A DNA stretch of 64,000 bases from a virus, in the IMG/VR virus record IMGVR_UViG_3300032770_000003, positions 107,495 to 171,494 of that record; one strand, given 5' to 3'. Below the pieces are notes generated by a model. It ran no database searches. It was not told the origin of the DNA and saw nothing but the letters and a program-made list of their open reading frames with translations. A program made the translations under genes and the position numbers. Every line of letters starts with the position of its first letter. Within the stretch, counting starts at the first letter, position 1. Below are positions 46,977 through 56,637 of the stretch, piece by piece.

Positions 46977-47253
46977 TGCACCCGATCCCGATCTCGGGGC
47001 CATCAGGGCGGTCTTGCAACAAAGCGTCAGCGACCCTCAACTCGTTGATACCATTGTGCAATTGATCAAGCGCTGGACGGATATCGAAGGCGCCGCGACG
47101 ATCGTCATGTACACCGCGGCCAGCTATGACGATGGCTCCGCGTCCGCGTCGTCGAGACTGCTCCACGAAATCGCACTTGGGCTCTTAGGCAAGGCGCTGA
47201 GCATTCCCATGCCCGAAATCGTTGCACCGGCGACGCCCGCGCGACCGAGCTGA
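46969..47253 (+). CDS. Hypothetical protein
   Basis: [14 protein letters not shown]. Confidence 0.55.
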   Translation: MADAPDPDLGAIRAVLQQSVSDPQLVDTIVQLIKRWTDIEGAATIVMYTAASYDDGSASASSRLLHEIALGLLGKALSIPMPEIVAPATPARPS

Positions 47254-47281
47254 CTCGGAAACTTTCATGCCAGGAGACTTC

Positions 47282-48004
47282 ATGCCACTTCGACTTAACG
47301 CCACACAAGCGCAAATACGTGTGCTAGCCAACAAGCATGTTGCGCGATACAGCAAGTACATAGACCACGCCAGAGCTGGTCACCCTGGGTACTCCTACGA
47401 AGACAGCTTGCACTATCTCGGCATTTGGGTCGGGATCTTGGCCAAGGACTGCGATCCGGCGCGCCTGGCGCCCTTCGAGCGCAGAGAGGTCGTGGAGGCG
47501 ATGGATGATGAGGTCGGCGACCTGGAGGCTGAGCTGAACAGGCCGTGGGAGCCGCACCCGACCGAACCACTGCCGCCTACAGTTGTCGGGATCATCGTTC
47601 AGCTTCCCCCGAAGCTCCCTGATGTCAGCGTTTCTACGGAGGACGTAATCGCGATCCTACAGCGGGCCATGACCGAACCCGTTCGGATGCTCATCGTCGA
47701 GCGCAAAGAAGCCCCTGGCAAATGGGCGCTCCCCGGGGGCAAGGTCGAGCCTGGTGAAACCCTTCTGCAGGCTTTGACTCGAGAAGTCAAAGAAGAGACG
47801 GGTGTCGTAGTCGAGGTCGCTGATGAGTTCTTTCGCGGCACATCGTCGCGCAGCGGTCGCCCAGTCATCGCCTTCAACGTCACCAGGTGGTCGGGCACGC
47901 CAGAAACACGCGAGCAGGGCGTCAATGTACGCTGGGGAACGCTAGAAGACCTACTCGACAGCCCTTTCGCCGACTTCTACAAAGCGATGTGGTGGCTTCC
48001 ATGA
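47282..48004 (+). CDS. NUDIX hydrolase with N-terminal extra domain
   Basis: [27 protein letters not shown] Nudix box; AGGAG RBS. Confidence 0.85.
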   Translation: MPLRLNATQAQIRVLANKHVARYSKYIDHARAGHPGYSYEDSLHYLGIWVGILAKDCDPARLAPFERREVVEAMDDEVGDLEAELNRPWEPHPTEPLPPTVVGIIVQLPPKLPDVSVSTEDVIAILQRAMTEPVRMLIVERKEAPGKWALPGGKVEPGETLLQALTREVKEETGVVVEVADEFFRGTSSRSGRPVIAFNVTRWSGTPETREQGVNVRWGTLEDLLDSPFADFYKAMWWLP

Positions 48005-48349
48005 ATCCAGAAAGGGTGTAAGTCATGCAACTTATTAGGGAATTCCTGCACATGGACTGGTCGACGGCGTGTGTATTTTCCGTGGCGTTCATCATGGGCG
48101 GGATCACGATCTCGATCGGTCTCGCGACGAGGCGCCCATGACCGACACACTGCTTGTGGTGGGGCAGCGCTGGGAAGCATTGCGTGATATCGAGGCGCAC
48201 CCCGACCATCCGCTGATCCCCAACAAACCCTAGCAATGGGCACTCGGATTCATGCTTGCCATATCGGTGATTTGCAAGCGCCATGGCTGGCACCCCACTC
48301 ACTTCTTTCAGTGGGTTGCTGAAAGCTTCCCCCCACAAGCGAGTGGCTG

Positions 48350-48661
48350 ATGTTCGAGCACGAACCATTCGCGCCCGATGACGACTACTACGGCGAGCAC
48401 ACGCTACGGGCCAAATCGCTGCTTGATGGGCGTGAAGTGCACCTGCTCCAGTACATGTTCAACCTGCGGCTAGCTGTTACCACGGAGCCGCATGGCATGT
48501 GTTACGAGGACGGCTATTGCTTCCACGACAGCGCGGCGGCGTACCGTGCTTTCGAAAGCTGGGATGGTGATTCCATCCCGAGTGAGCCGTGGGCGAAGAA
48601 TCCCTTCAGAGGGGTCTACGGACCATGCTCATGTGTGAGCTGCCAAGGGCATCAACGATGA
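48350..48661 (+). CDS. Hypothetical phage protein
   Basis: YEDGYCF...AFESWDG; coupled to the next gene. Confidence 0.5.
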   Translation: MFEHEPFAPDDDYYGEHTLRAKSLLDGREVHLLQYMFNLRLAVTTEPHGMCYEDGYCFHDSAAAYRAFESWDGDSIPSEPWAKNPFRGVYGPCSCVSCQGHQR

Positions 48662-49218
48662 ATCCATACTTCAGCCCTGAGGAAGCGATCATAGTTCGTT
48701 ACGTACTCCATGGCGGAGAAGAACATGTGATCGTCACGCTCACGTGCTGCGGTACCTATCGAGGTACGCATCATCTCGGCATGAACGTCACCAGCGGCTT
48801 TGGCTCATATGGATACGAGTGGCACAGCATCGGGCAACCGGACCCGCGGAGGTTCCTCATCAGCTGCGATGCTGACTACCTCTATCGCAAGCTCACCCAC
48901 GTAGTTCGGGTCTATGACGGTGAACAGACCCTGGCCAATGTCGTTGCTGCCTTCAAAGCAACTCATCCGGATCTCATCGATGACCTCGGCGATGAGTTCA
49001 ATTCCCTCGACAGAATCGAGGATTTCCACCTGTGGTGGCACAATCTCGACAATCCGCGATTTCACAATGATGACATGGATGGGAACGACGATCCGCAGCA
49101 ATTGGTCGCCTACAAGCGGGAGCCTCAGTGCTGGACGTTCTGTGAGCAGTACTTGCCACTGCTCAAGGATCGGCTACGCCAGGAACTGGACGCGGGCTTA
49201 GCATTCGGCTGCAAATGA
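48658..49218 (+). CDS. Hypothetical phage protein
   Basis: ATGA-coupled on both sides. Confidence 0.55.
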   Translation: MNPYFSPEEAIIVRYVLHGGEEHVIVTLTCCGTYRGTHHLGMNVTSGFGSYGYEWHSIGQPDPRRFLISCDADYLYRKLTHVVRVYDGEQTLANVVAAFKATHPDLIDDLGDEFNSLDRIEDFHLWWHNLDNPRFHNDDMDGNDDPQQLVAYKREPQCWTFCEQYLPLLKDRLRQELDAGLAFGCK

Positions 49219-49565
49219 CCATTCTGGTTTGTGGCGGCCGGCTCTTCCGGCCCACAGCACAGAGCTATTCGACACTCGCTGATCATCTGCTGCCTGGCAC
49301 CAAACTGATCCACGGTGGCGCCACGGGTGCCGACGCGTTCGCCGATGAGTTCGCCAAGGGGCTTGGCTTCGTCGAGGTCGTACCCTACCGTATCACCAGA
49401 GCTGAGTGGGCACAGCTTGGACCGGCTGCAGGGCCCATACGGAATCAGCGCATGCTCACTGAAGGCAAGCCTGACTTGGTGATCGCGTTTCCTGGAGGTC
49501 GTGGTACTGCTGACATGGTAGAACGCGCGGAAGCTGCTGGGATTCCGGTCATCAGAGCAAAGTAG
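49215..49565 (+). CDS. SLOG/YspA-like (DUF2493-type) protein
   Basis: ILVCGGR...IHGGATGAD...AAGPIRNQRML...DLVIAFPGGRGTADMV. Confidence 0.85.
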   Translation: MTILVCGGRLFRPTAQSYSTLADHLLPGTKLIHGGATGADAFADEFAKGLGFVEVVPYRITRAEWAQLGPAAGPIRNQRMLTEGKPDLVIAFPGGRGTADMVERAEAAGIPVIRAK

Positions 49566-50437
49566 GAGGTAGCGATGGGCGCATACCTGAATCCTCCGAT
49601 CGACAAAGCCATCTGGCTGGAACTCCACGGAGAGCCGCTCCCGACGCCTCCCACGAAAGTGCACACGGGTGAGAAGCTTGCCGTCTGCCTGGTCAACAAC
49701 GGGCCCTTCACAGCCGCTGGGATCATCTTCGATGAAGAGCATAGCAACTTGTCAAAGTACCTGAAGCGGTGACCAAAGCTAACCCCGAAGCTACGCGCCT
49801 TCGCGCAGCTCTTGAGCCAAGCGCCCTACGCCAAGCGTGGAAGGACTGGCAATGGTTGCATTGTACACACCTGGAGGATGGCCCTCAACAACACGGAACC
49901 GTGTGCATCACGTGTGCGCTTGACTGCATCGCTGCCCGCATAAAAGAGGACTGACCGCATGGATTCCGATTCACAATTCGGTATCAAGCACTGGGTCATC
50001 TACAAGAACCCCAGCGACTACCCCAACAAGTACGTCGTGCGTTGCCTGGTTGCGGTCAAGGGGGAAGTGCTCGCTGACATGGAGCCAACCACAGTGGTCG
50101 ATACCCTCGAAGCTGCCCGTGCGCGGGTGCCAGATGGCACGGTCATGGTCGCGAGACACCCCAGCGACGATCCGGTCATCGTCGAGGTCTGGCTTTGATG
50201 GATGACAAGCACAACTATTTCACGGTGGATCGGCTGCTCCACACCACAGCTCATACTCGCGCTGTGCGAATGACCATCTGGCTCGACGATGATACGAATT
50301 GCGAGGTGCTCATGACGCCTGAGCAAGCACGGGCTCTAGCAGCTCGGCTGACCGAGACCGCGAACGATCCAGTGACCCCAGAGGAAATCGCTGCTTTGGC
50401 AACAACAGCGGGTAACAACTGACGAAAGGACCAAACC

Positions 50438-50848
50438 ATGAAGACGTTCATCGCTCTGTGCATCGCAAGCTTTGTCATCGCTGCCGCTCCAACGCGAACC
50501 TCTGCGGCCGACAAAGGCGTCTGGGGCTATGTCAGCCTTAACGTTACCTGCAACCCAAAAGGGCGATTCGGGGAGCAGACACGCGCGAAGCTTGTGTCCA
50601 TGGTCTTTGGGTTTTGCGGCATGGAGCTGCGGGATGCCATCCTGCAAGATGCAGAGCCGTACTACTCACAAGCAGCCGATGACGTATGTGGCCCAAACAA
50701 CTGGGACATCACATACAAGTACGTCGCGGTATCGTTCATCAGCGAAGAGGATGCCCAAAACCGACATGACAAAGACTTGATCTCGGGGAACTACAGTATC
50801 CACAAAGAGTTTCCGTACCTGTGGACGGCGTACTGCAAAGGCAAGTAG
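50438..50848 (+). CDS. Secreted hypothetical protein
   Basis: Signal peptide MKTFIALCIASFVIAAA; four Cys in the mature part. Confidence 0.65.
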   Translation: MKTFIALCIASFVIAAAPTRTSAADKGVWGYVSLNVTCNPKGRFGEQTRAKLVSMVFGFCGMELRDAILQDAEPYYSQAADDVCGPNNWDITYKYVAVSFISEEDAQNRHDKDLISGNYSIHKEFPYLWTAYCKGK

Positions 50849-51804
50849 GCGGTGAGCTTCACTCTGCGTGACTACTTGGTCTGCACCGTCTATAGCTACG
50901 TTTCGCTTTCACTCATCGGAGTGTGGAATCCCAAACACCACACTCGACAACGAATTCGTATCGTCGCCGCTTTCTTGTGGCCCATTGGCATTGTGTTTGC
51001 CATCCACCAGATTGGCCGCAAGCTGGTCAAGCTGCTGTCAAAATGAAGTGCCAAACCTGCCAGCACACGTACCTGTGCCATGTAAACAACTACGGAGTTG
51101 GGCGCTGTCAGAAAGGTGGCTGTCCTTGCGTCAAATATGTGGCGCCCGAATTGGTCCTTCTGCCATCGATTCCAAATGATGACTTGACAAAGTAACCTCA
51201 CGAATGCTTAGCTTAGAGACATGTTGCGCAAGACGATAGACAGTGCAGTTTCGTTCTATCGACGCCACAAGGTGGTCCGGGAACTCGTTAACCACCAGTT
51301 TCCGAAGACCTCGGTCTTCCTTGAAGTGCGCGGAATCCGCCTGCGAATCGGGCTCAGGACATTCGTTCCCCTGCCCTGGCACGTGACGGACCTAGCGGAT
51401 GTGCTGGTCGAGCGCAACCCCCGTACCGGATCGTGGGTCTGCACCAAGCACCCGGATCAGGTGGTCCCCTTCGTCGTCGAGCCGGGGCTACACGCCCGGA
51501 GTTGCTTCTGTTCCCAGATCGATCGGACCCTGCGCCCGTGCATTGTGTGCCAGGATAACGCAAAGCTGATCGGGCGCGACTTCAGCGCCATTCAGTAAGT
51601 GGTGCCGGTACAGTACATCACACTGCCGCTGACCACGTCGATCGTAGAGCTGCGGACGTGGTTCGAGCAAGGCTGGCGACTGGTGTGCTGGGTCGACCAC
51701 TACACGCTCGCACACCATGGGGAAATCTCGGGTCCGATGACAGGCTAGTCCTCTCACGTCAAGATATTTGACGAAAATCTCCCGAGAGGGACTAGCATGG
51801 AGGC

Positions 51805-53415
51805 ATGACGATCAAGACGCGTCGTGTCTCAGCGGCAGCGGCCGCAGTCGCTCTGCTGTTTGTCGTGAGCGTCGCACTCCGACACAAGCCTGCGAAGCAC
51901 CACCTTCCGACGCCGCAAGCGAGACGACTCCAGCTCGCGGCAGCTTCTTCGACGATTTGCACGATCGCGCAAGAAGGGAACCAGGCTTCGATCAAGTGCC
52001 CCGCTGGCGAAGTGTTCAGCAGCGTCTTCTTCGCGAGCTTCGGGAACGCTACGGGCACCTGCTCGACGTACAAGCTCGGCACGTGCAACGCGACCACGTC
52101 AGTCGCTGTGGTCTCGCTGGCGTGTCTCGGAAAAGCTTCCTGCAAGGTCAACGCTTCGAGCGCCACGTTCGGCGGCGATCCTTGCGCGGGGACTGTCAAG
52201 CATCTCAGTCTGAGACTTGTCTGCTCACCGCCACCCCCACCACCTTGCCCCGCTGACGGCGGCGCGGGAAGTGGTGGCTCAGGTGGTAGTGGTGGCAGCG
52301 GGGGAGCTGGTGGCGTAGGCGGCTCTGGTGGCACCGCTGGCTCTGGCGGCGTAGGTGGCTCTGGAGGCTCAGGCGGTAGTGGTGGAGTCGGAGGTACTGG
52401 AGGCTCAGGCGGATCCGGAGGCTCTGGTGGATCGGGTGGATCGGGTGGATCGGGTGGATCGGGTGGATCGGGTGGAAGTGGTGGTTCAGGCGGCACGGGA
52501 GGAACAGGCGGCAGTGGCGGAACCGCAGTCCTCAAGGTCGGCAACCACGCGCTCATCGATACCTGTGGCAACACCTTCGTTCCGAAAGGAATCGAAGCGA
52601 CGATGGGCTTGGGCTTGGAATACAACGGCACGCTCGCGAACGTGGTCGATCAGATCGCACTAACCAACGCGAACGCGATTCGTCTGCTGCCCAACATCTC
52701 ACAGCTGCAACCGAGTGACGTGCAGCCGATCATTGCACGGGCCATCAGCCATGGACTCGTGACCTATATCTCGCCTGGTGATCGAACCTGGTTTGGTCAG
52801 GCGGCGGTGCACACGATGCTGACCCCGTACCTGCCCTACCTCGTGATCGACGCCTACCAGGAGGCCGAGTTCGACGATCCCGTGCGCTGGCTCTCCGAAG
52901 CTCAGGCGGCCGTCGTCCAGGTTCGCGGCTACGGTTACAGCGTTCCGCTGGTCGTGATCAGCAATCAGTACGGTCGTGACCTGCCCACGCTGCTAGCTCA
53001 CGGTGCCGACGTCGAAGCCGCGGACCCGATCCACAACACCATTCTCGGCTGGCAAGCCTACTGGGGCTCGAACGCCTCCAATCCCTGGACCTACCAACAG
53101 CAATACAACCTGACGTGGGAGCAAGCCGTCGCACAGGCGGCAGCGGCCCCGTTCACCGTCCAGCTCGGACTCGACTACGTGACCGACTTCCCCGATTGGT
53201 TTATGGACTATGGTCACGTCATGGATCTTACCAAACCGGTAGGACTGGGTTGGCTTTGGTGGGATTATTATCTACCATTTGGCGACACTACGAATGATCT
53301 GACAAGTGACAATTCATTTGCTCACTTGTCGACACTTGGCCAATCCGTCGTTGTCACTCAACCCTCTGGATTCAGCTCGCCCAACCCGAAGGCGTGCAAG
53401 CCGCCTGGTTTCTAA
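51805..53415 (+). CDS. Secreted SUEL-type lectin, Gly/Ser linker and GH5-like barrel
   Basis: IKCPAG..FSSVFFASFG..TGTC...CLGKASC...FGGDPCAGTVKHL; (GGS)n linker; LIDTCGNTFVPKG...ANAIRL...GWLWWDY. Confidence 0.75.
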   Translation: MTIKTRRVSAAAAAVALLFVVSVALRHKPAKHHLPTPQARRLQLAAASSTICTIAQEGNQASIKCPAGEVFSSVFFASFGNATGTCSTYKLGTCNATTSVAVVSLACLGKASCKVNASSATFGGDPCAGTVKHLSLRLVCSPPPPPPCPADGGAGSGGSGGSGGSGGAGGVGGSGGTAGSGGVGGSGGSGGSGGVGGTGGSGGSGGSGGSGGSGGSGGSGGSGGSGGSGGTGGTGGSGGTAVLKVGNHALIDTCGNTFVPKGIEATMGLGLEYNGTLANVVDQIALTNANAIRLLPNISQLQPSDVQPIIARAISHGLVTYISPGDRTWFGQAAVHTMLTPYLPYLVIDAYQEAEFDDPVRWLSEAQAAVVQVRGYGYSVPLVVISNQYGRDLPTLLAHGADVEAADPIHNTILGWQAYWGSNASNPWTYQQQYNLTWEQAVAQAAAAPFTVQLGLDYVTDFPDWFMDYGHVMDLTKPVGLGWLWWDYYLPFGDTTNDLTSDNSFAHLSTLGQSVVVTQPSGFSSPNPKACKPPGF

Positions 53416-53439
53416 ACCGCTGACCTGTTTTTCAGCCAC

Positions 53440-53469
53440 TTGACCCGTCAAGCGCGGGTGTTGTAGGGT
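53440..53469 (+). promoter_or_regulatory. Putative promoter/leader of pentamer array 1
   Basis: TTGACCCGTCAA...GGGTGTTGTAGGGT, beginning 40 nt before the array, the same offset as 33509 to 33549. Confidence 0.55.
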
Positions 53470-53479
53470 TGCCCCCGTT

Positions 53480-54190
53480 GGCACGGTCGGGTCAGGTGCG
53501 TTATGGCATGGTGAGGCAGGATGGGTTGGGCGAGTCTGGGCTTGGGTTGGCCCGGCTTGGCGGGGCAGGAAGGGCTCGGCGAGGCTTGGCAAGGCATGGC
53601 TAGGAAGGGACAGGCAAGGCAGGAATGGTGCGTAGGGGATAGGCACGGCTGGGATCGGATGGGATCGGAACGGCAGTCGAGGAAAGGTGTGGTCACGCCC
53701 GGTAAGTCGAGTCGTGGCAGGGCAGTCGAGTCGAGGAACGGAAAGGAAAGGGTGGAAGGCAGTGGTAGGGCAGGATCGGTCAGGACCGGCAAGGCGGTGT
53801 TGGAATCGGAATGGTCCGGCAGCTTAGGTGAGGAGTGGTGAGGCACGGTTTGGTTTGGAATGGAGCGGCAGTCTCGCAGAGGTGAGGTATGGCAAGGCAT
53901 GGAGTGCACGGCTAGGAAAGGCAGTCACGGACAATGGCGCGCCAGGGTTTGGGGGGTTGGGTATGGAATGGAAAGGCACGGCAGTAGAGGACCGGAAGGG
54001 CCGGGTCAGGATGGGATTCGCAGGGCAGGGGCGTGGCAGGTCGGGCCAGGTATGGTGCGTTTTGGCTGGGCGAGGAACGGTTGGGTTTGGCAGTCGAGGT
54101 TAGGAAGCGAAGCGAAGGTCAGGGTGTGGCTCGGCAGTCCTGGTCGGGAATGGGTCGGCAAGGAAGTAAACGGCATGGCAGTCGCGGCAG
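53480..54190 (+). ncRNA. GGNNN pentamer array 1 (putative guide-RNA array)
   Basis: Period-5 GG(C/T/A)NN; about 15 units of roughly 45-50 nt, each ending GGCAG plus a 4-nt linker (often TCGA or TCNN). Confidence 0.75.
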
Positions 54191-54257
54191 CCAAATCGTA
54201 GGCAACCAACGTGACTGTGCAACTTGAGAACTGACACTTTGTGAAAGGGGACTTGGA

Positions 54258-54992
54258 ATGCGAAATGGAACGACAACAGCACCGCTGCCTTCGGCATTGA
54301 CCAAGCGGCGAGGTCGACCACCCAAAGCGCGACCGTGGGAGGACGATACCGGCGAAGTGCCGCCGACCAAGATCGACATCAAGGAAAAGATCGCCAAGCC
54401 GACCAAGGAAAAGACGGCGGCGATTTTCATCCCCAAGATTGCCGTCAACCACACCACGATCAAGGTGATCGGCATCTCCAGTCTGATCGTGCATGCGTGG
54501 AGCGAGAAGGCCAAAAAGGAAATGCGCGACAAGCAGACTGGCGTCGCCACGCAAAAGCGTGAGTTCAAGGTCCCCATGGACGACTTCAACGGCGCTCGCT
54601 ACCTCAATGCTGAGGGTAAGGATTGTGTTCCTGCGCTCGCCTTCCGCAACGCCGCGGTTGAGGCGGGTGTGCTCGCCGGCGTCTTCAAGACGACGTTGCG
54701 CAAAGCATTCTTCATCACCGGCCCTGACCTGATTCCGATCATCAGCGATCCTCCCATCATGAGAGAGGACATGGTGCGTGTCGGTCAGGGTACCGCCGAT
54801 CTCAGGTATCGGCCCGAATACAAGAACTGGAGCTGCGTCGTCCCTGTCGAGTTCAACCCCAAAGTGCTGAGCCTCGAACAGCTCGTCAACCTATTCGACA
54901 ACGCGGGTTACGCGATTGGCATTTGCGAGTGGCGGCCCCAGCGCGATGGTCAATTCGGACGCTTCCGCGTGGCCATCGATAGCACCAAGTAA
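54258..54992 (+). CDS. Cas7/RAMP-like protein between the pentamer arrays
   Basis: IKVIGISSLIVH (RAMP strand 1), VPALAFRNA (IP.sslKG-like), terminal Gly loop AGYAIGICEWRPQRDGQFGRF; AAGGGG RBS. Confidence 0.7.
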   Translation: MRNGTTTAPLPSALTKRRGRPPKARPWEDDTGEVPPTKIDIKEKIAKPTKEKTAAIFIPKIAVNHTTIKVIGISSLIVHAWSEKAKKEMRDKQTGVATQKREFKVPMDDFNGARYLNAEGKDCVPALAFRNAAVEAGVLAGVFKTTLRKAFFITGPDLIPIISDPPIMREDMVRVGQGTADLRYRPEYKNWSCVVPVEFNPKVLSLEQLVNLFDNAGYAIGICEWRPQRDGQFGRFRVAIDSTK

Positions 54993-54995
54993 GGG

Positions 54996-55782
54996 GGCAA
55001 GGCAGGGATCGGGCGGAAGGGCTAGGTTGGCTAGGCTTGGCAGTCATGGGCCGGGTGTGTTCCGGAACGGAAGGGGTCGGCGCGGAATGGCACGGCAGTC
55101 AGCGCAGGGCTTGGTTCGGCTTGGCCAGGTTGGTTCCGGTTCGGAGCGGCTAGGCAAGGCAGTCGAGGCCGGGGAGTGGGCTAGTCTGGGCGAGTCAGGG
55201 TAGGGTCGGCCAGGGACTGGATTGGCAGTCGAGGTTAGGAGTGGAATGGACGGGTAAGTCACGGCTTGGCAGGAACGGCGAGGCCCGGCGCGGCCCGGAC
55301 CGGTAGGGCCCGGCACGGTATGGTCCGGTACGGACTGGCAGGGCAGGAATGACTAGGCTAGTTACGGCACGGCACGGATCGGCACCGCTGGGCAGTCGGA
55401 GGCTGGGAAAGGCGCGTTTTGGACCCGTGGGGCTGGGTGTGTTTGGGCATGGATTGGAACGGAACGGAGCGGCATGGCAGTCAAGGCAAGGTGTTGCGGG
55501 GCAACGCGAGGAATGGTGTGGCAGTCGGGGCGGGGCGAGCTTTGCGTGGATGGGCGGGGAATGGCAGTCGTGGTGAGGTTGGGAAGCGAGAGGAGAGGAA
55601 AGGCATGGCGGGGCAGTCGGGGCCGGGCAATGTGAGGTCGGGCAGGGTGCGAGCGGGCGCGGCTGGTAAGGTGCGGGGCAGGGAATGTTTCGGCAGTGTT
55701 GGGCAAGGTGGGCAGCGCATGGCAGTTGTGGCGAGGTCCGGCGTGGGATCGCTGGGCCGGTTCGGTGTGGCAGGCTTGGTTT
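54996..55782 (+). ncRNA. GGNNN pentamer array 2 (putative guide-RNA array)
   Basis: Same grammar; GGCAGTC delimiters at about 55039, 55094, 55158, 55223, 55391, 55476, 55520, 55563, 55612. Confidence 0.75.
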
Positions 55783-55812
55783 TGAACTTCCACAAAAAGG
55801 GAGACTTGAGGC

Positions 55813-56364
55813 ATGGCAATCGCAGAGATCGATCCCACAAGCATTCGAGCGCGACCTGGTTCTCGGCTCACGAACAAACAAGCGTTGGCGATCGCACCGA
55901 CGCTGTTTGCGATTGAACAGCGGGACGGGTTGGTCAAGCCCGAAGCTGTGCTGGAGGCTGCCCAGCAGAATCCGGGATCAGAGCTGCACTCACTGTTCCC
56001 CTGGAGCGATGCGGATGCGGCCCGCGCTCACCGACTCAACATCGCTCGTTCGATCATCCGCAGTGTGACGTACAAGGTGATCCGCTACGGCAACGGATCA
56101 CTCAATGACTACGTACCGTGTTTCGTGCGCATACGGGAGGACGGCGAACCCCAGCTCGACGGCAGCACAACACTCCCGCAAACCGGCTACGCATCCGTCA
56201 CCCGGGTGCTCGACAATGAGCACCTCCGTTCGCAGATCATCGCGGCCGCGGTACGCGAGCTGAACCAGGTTGTGCGCAAGCTCGAAACCTTGAAGGGGCT
56301 CGAACGGGCACTGACAAACGCGAAAGAGCTGCTCGAACAGCTCAAGAAAGCCAGCGCAGCTTGA
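55813..56364 (+). CDS. Phage protein directly downstream of array 2 (candidate accessory gene)
   Basis: GLVKPEAVLEAA..PGSELHSLFPWSDADAARAHRLNIARSIIRSV; GAGG RBS. Confidence 0.7.
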   Translation: MAIAEIDPTSIRARPGSRLTNKQALAIAPTLFAIEQRDGLVKPEAVLEAAQQNPGSELHSLFPWSDADAARAHRLNIARSIIRSVTYKVIRYGNGSLNDYVPCFVRIREDGEPQLDGSTTLPQTGYASVTRVLDNEHLRSQIIAAAVRELNQVVRKLETLKGLERALTNAKELLEQLKKASAA

Positions 56365-56592
56365 GGTGTGTTGGTTGTGACGAGGACAAAGAAACGAGTA
56401 GCTACGCGTATGCCGGAACTGCTGTCGATCTTTGCACAGAATGCCGAACGTGCATTGTGTGCAAGAAGGCTGTGGAACCTAGCCACGGAGCCCATCGCAT
56501 GGGCTTTCTACCGGCTATCCACGGTGGCGAATGCCTGCGCGCAGCCGCGCGACGTGGAGTGGTCGCGGTCGGTGACGATCTGACCTCTGAGG

Positions 56593-56637
56593 GGAACGGT
56601 TGGGCCCCGCAAGGTAGGGGTTGGAGCGGCATGGCAG
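56593..56637 (+). repeat. Single extra GGNNN unit
   Basis: GGAAC GGTTG GGCCC CGCAA GGTAG GGGTT GGAGC GGCAT GGCAG. Confidence 0.55.

Noticed and set aside
52255-52525. GGATCGGGT-type tandem repeats
   Set aside because: Period 9, in frame, encoding the Gly/Ser linker; unrelated to the period-5 arrays.
53480-55782. Canonical CRISPR array or simple microsatellite
   Set aside because: There are no identical 25-40 nt repeats with spacers, and the pentamers vary at defined positions rather than being slippage copies.
53448-55937. Many overlapping G/W/R-rich or P-rich ORFs across the pentamer arrays
   Set aside because: Period-5 GG repeats rarely create stops. The ORFs occur in several frames with no protein motifs.
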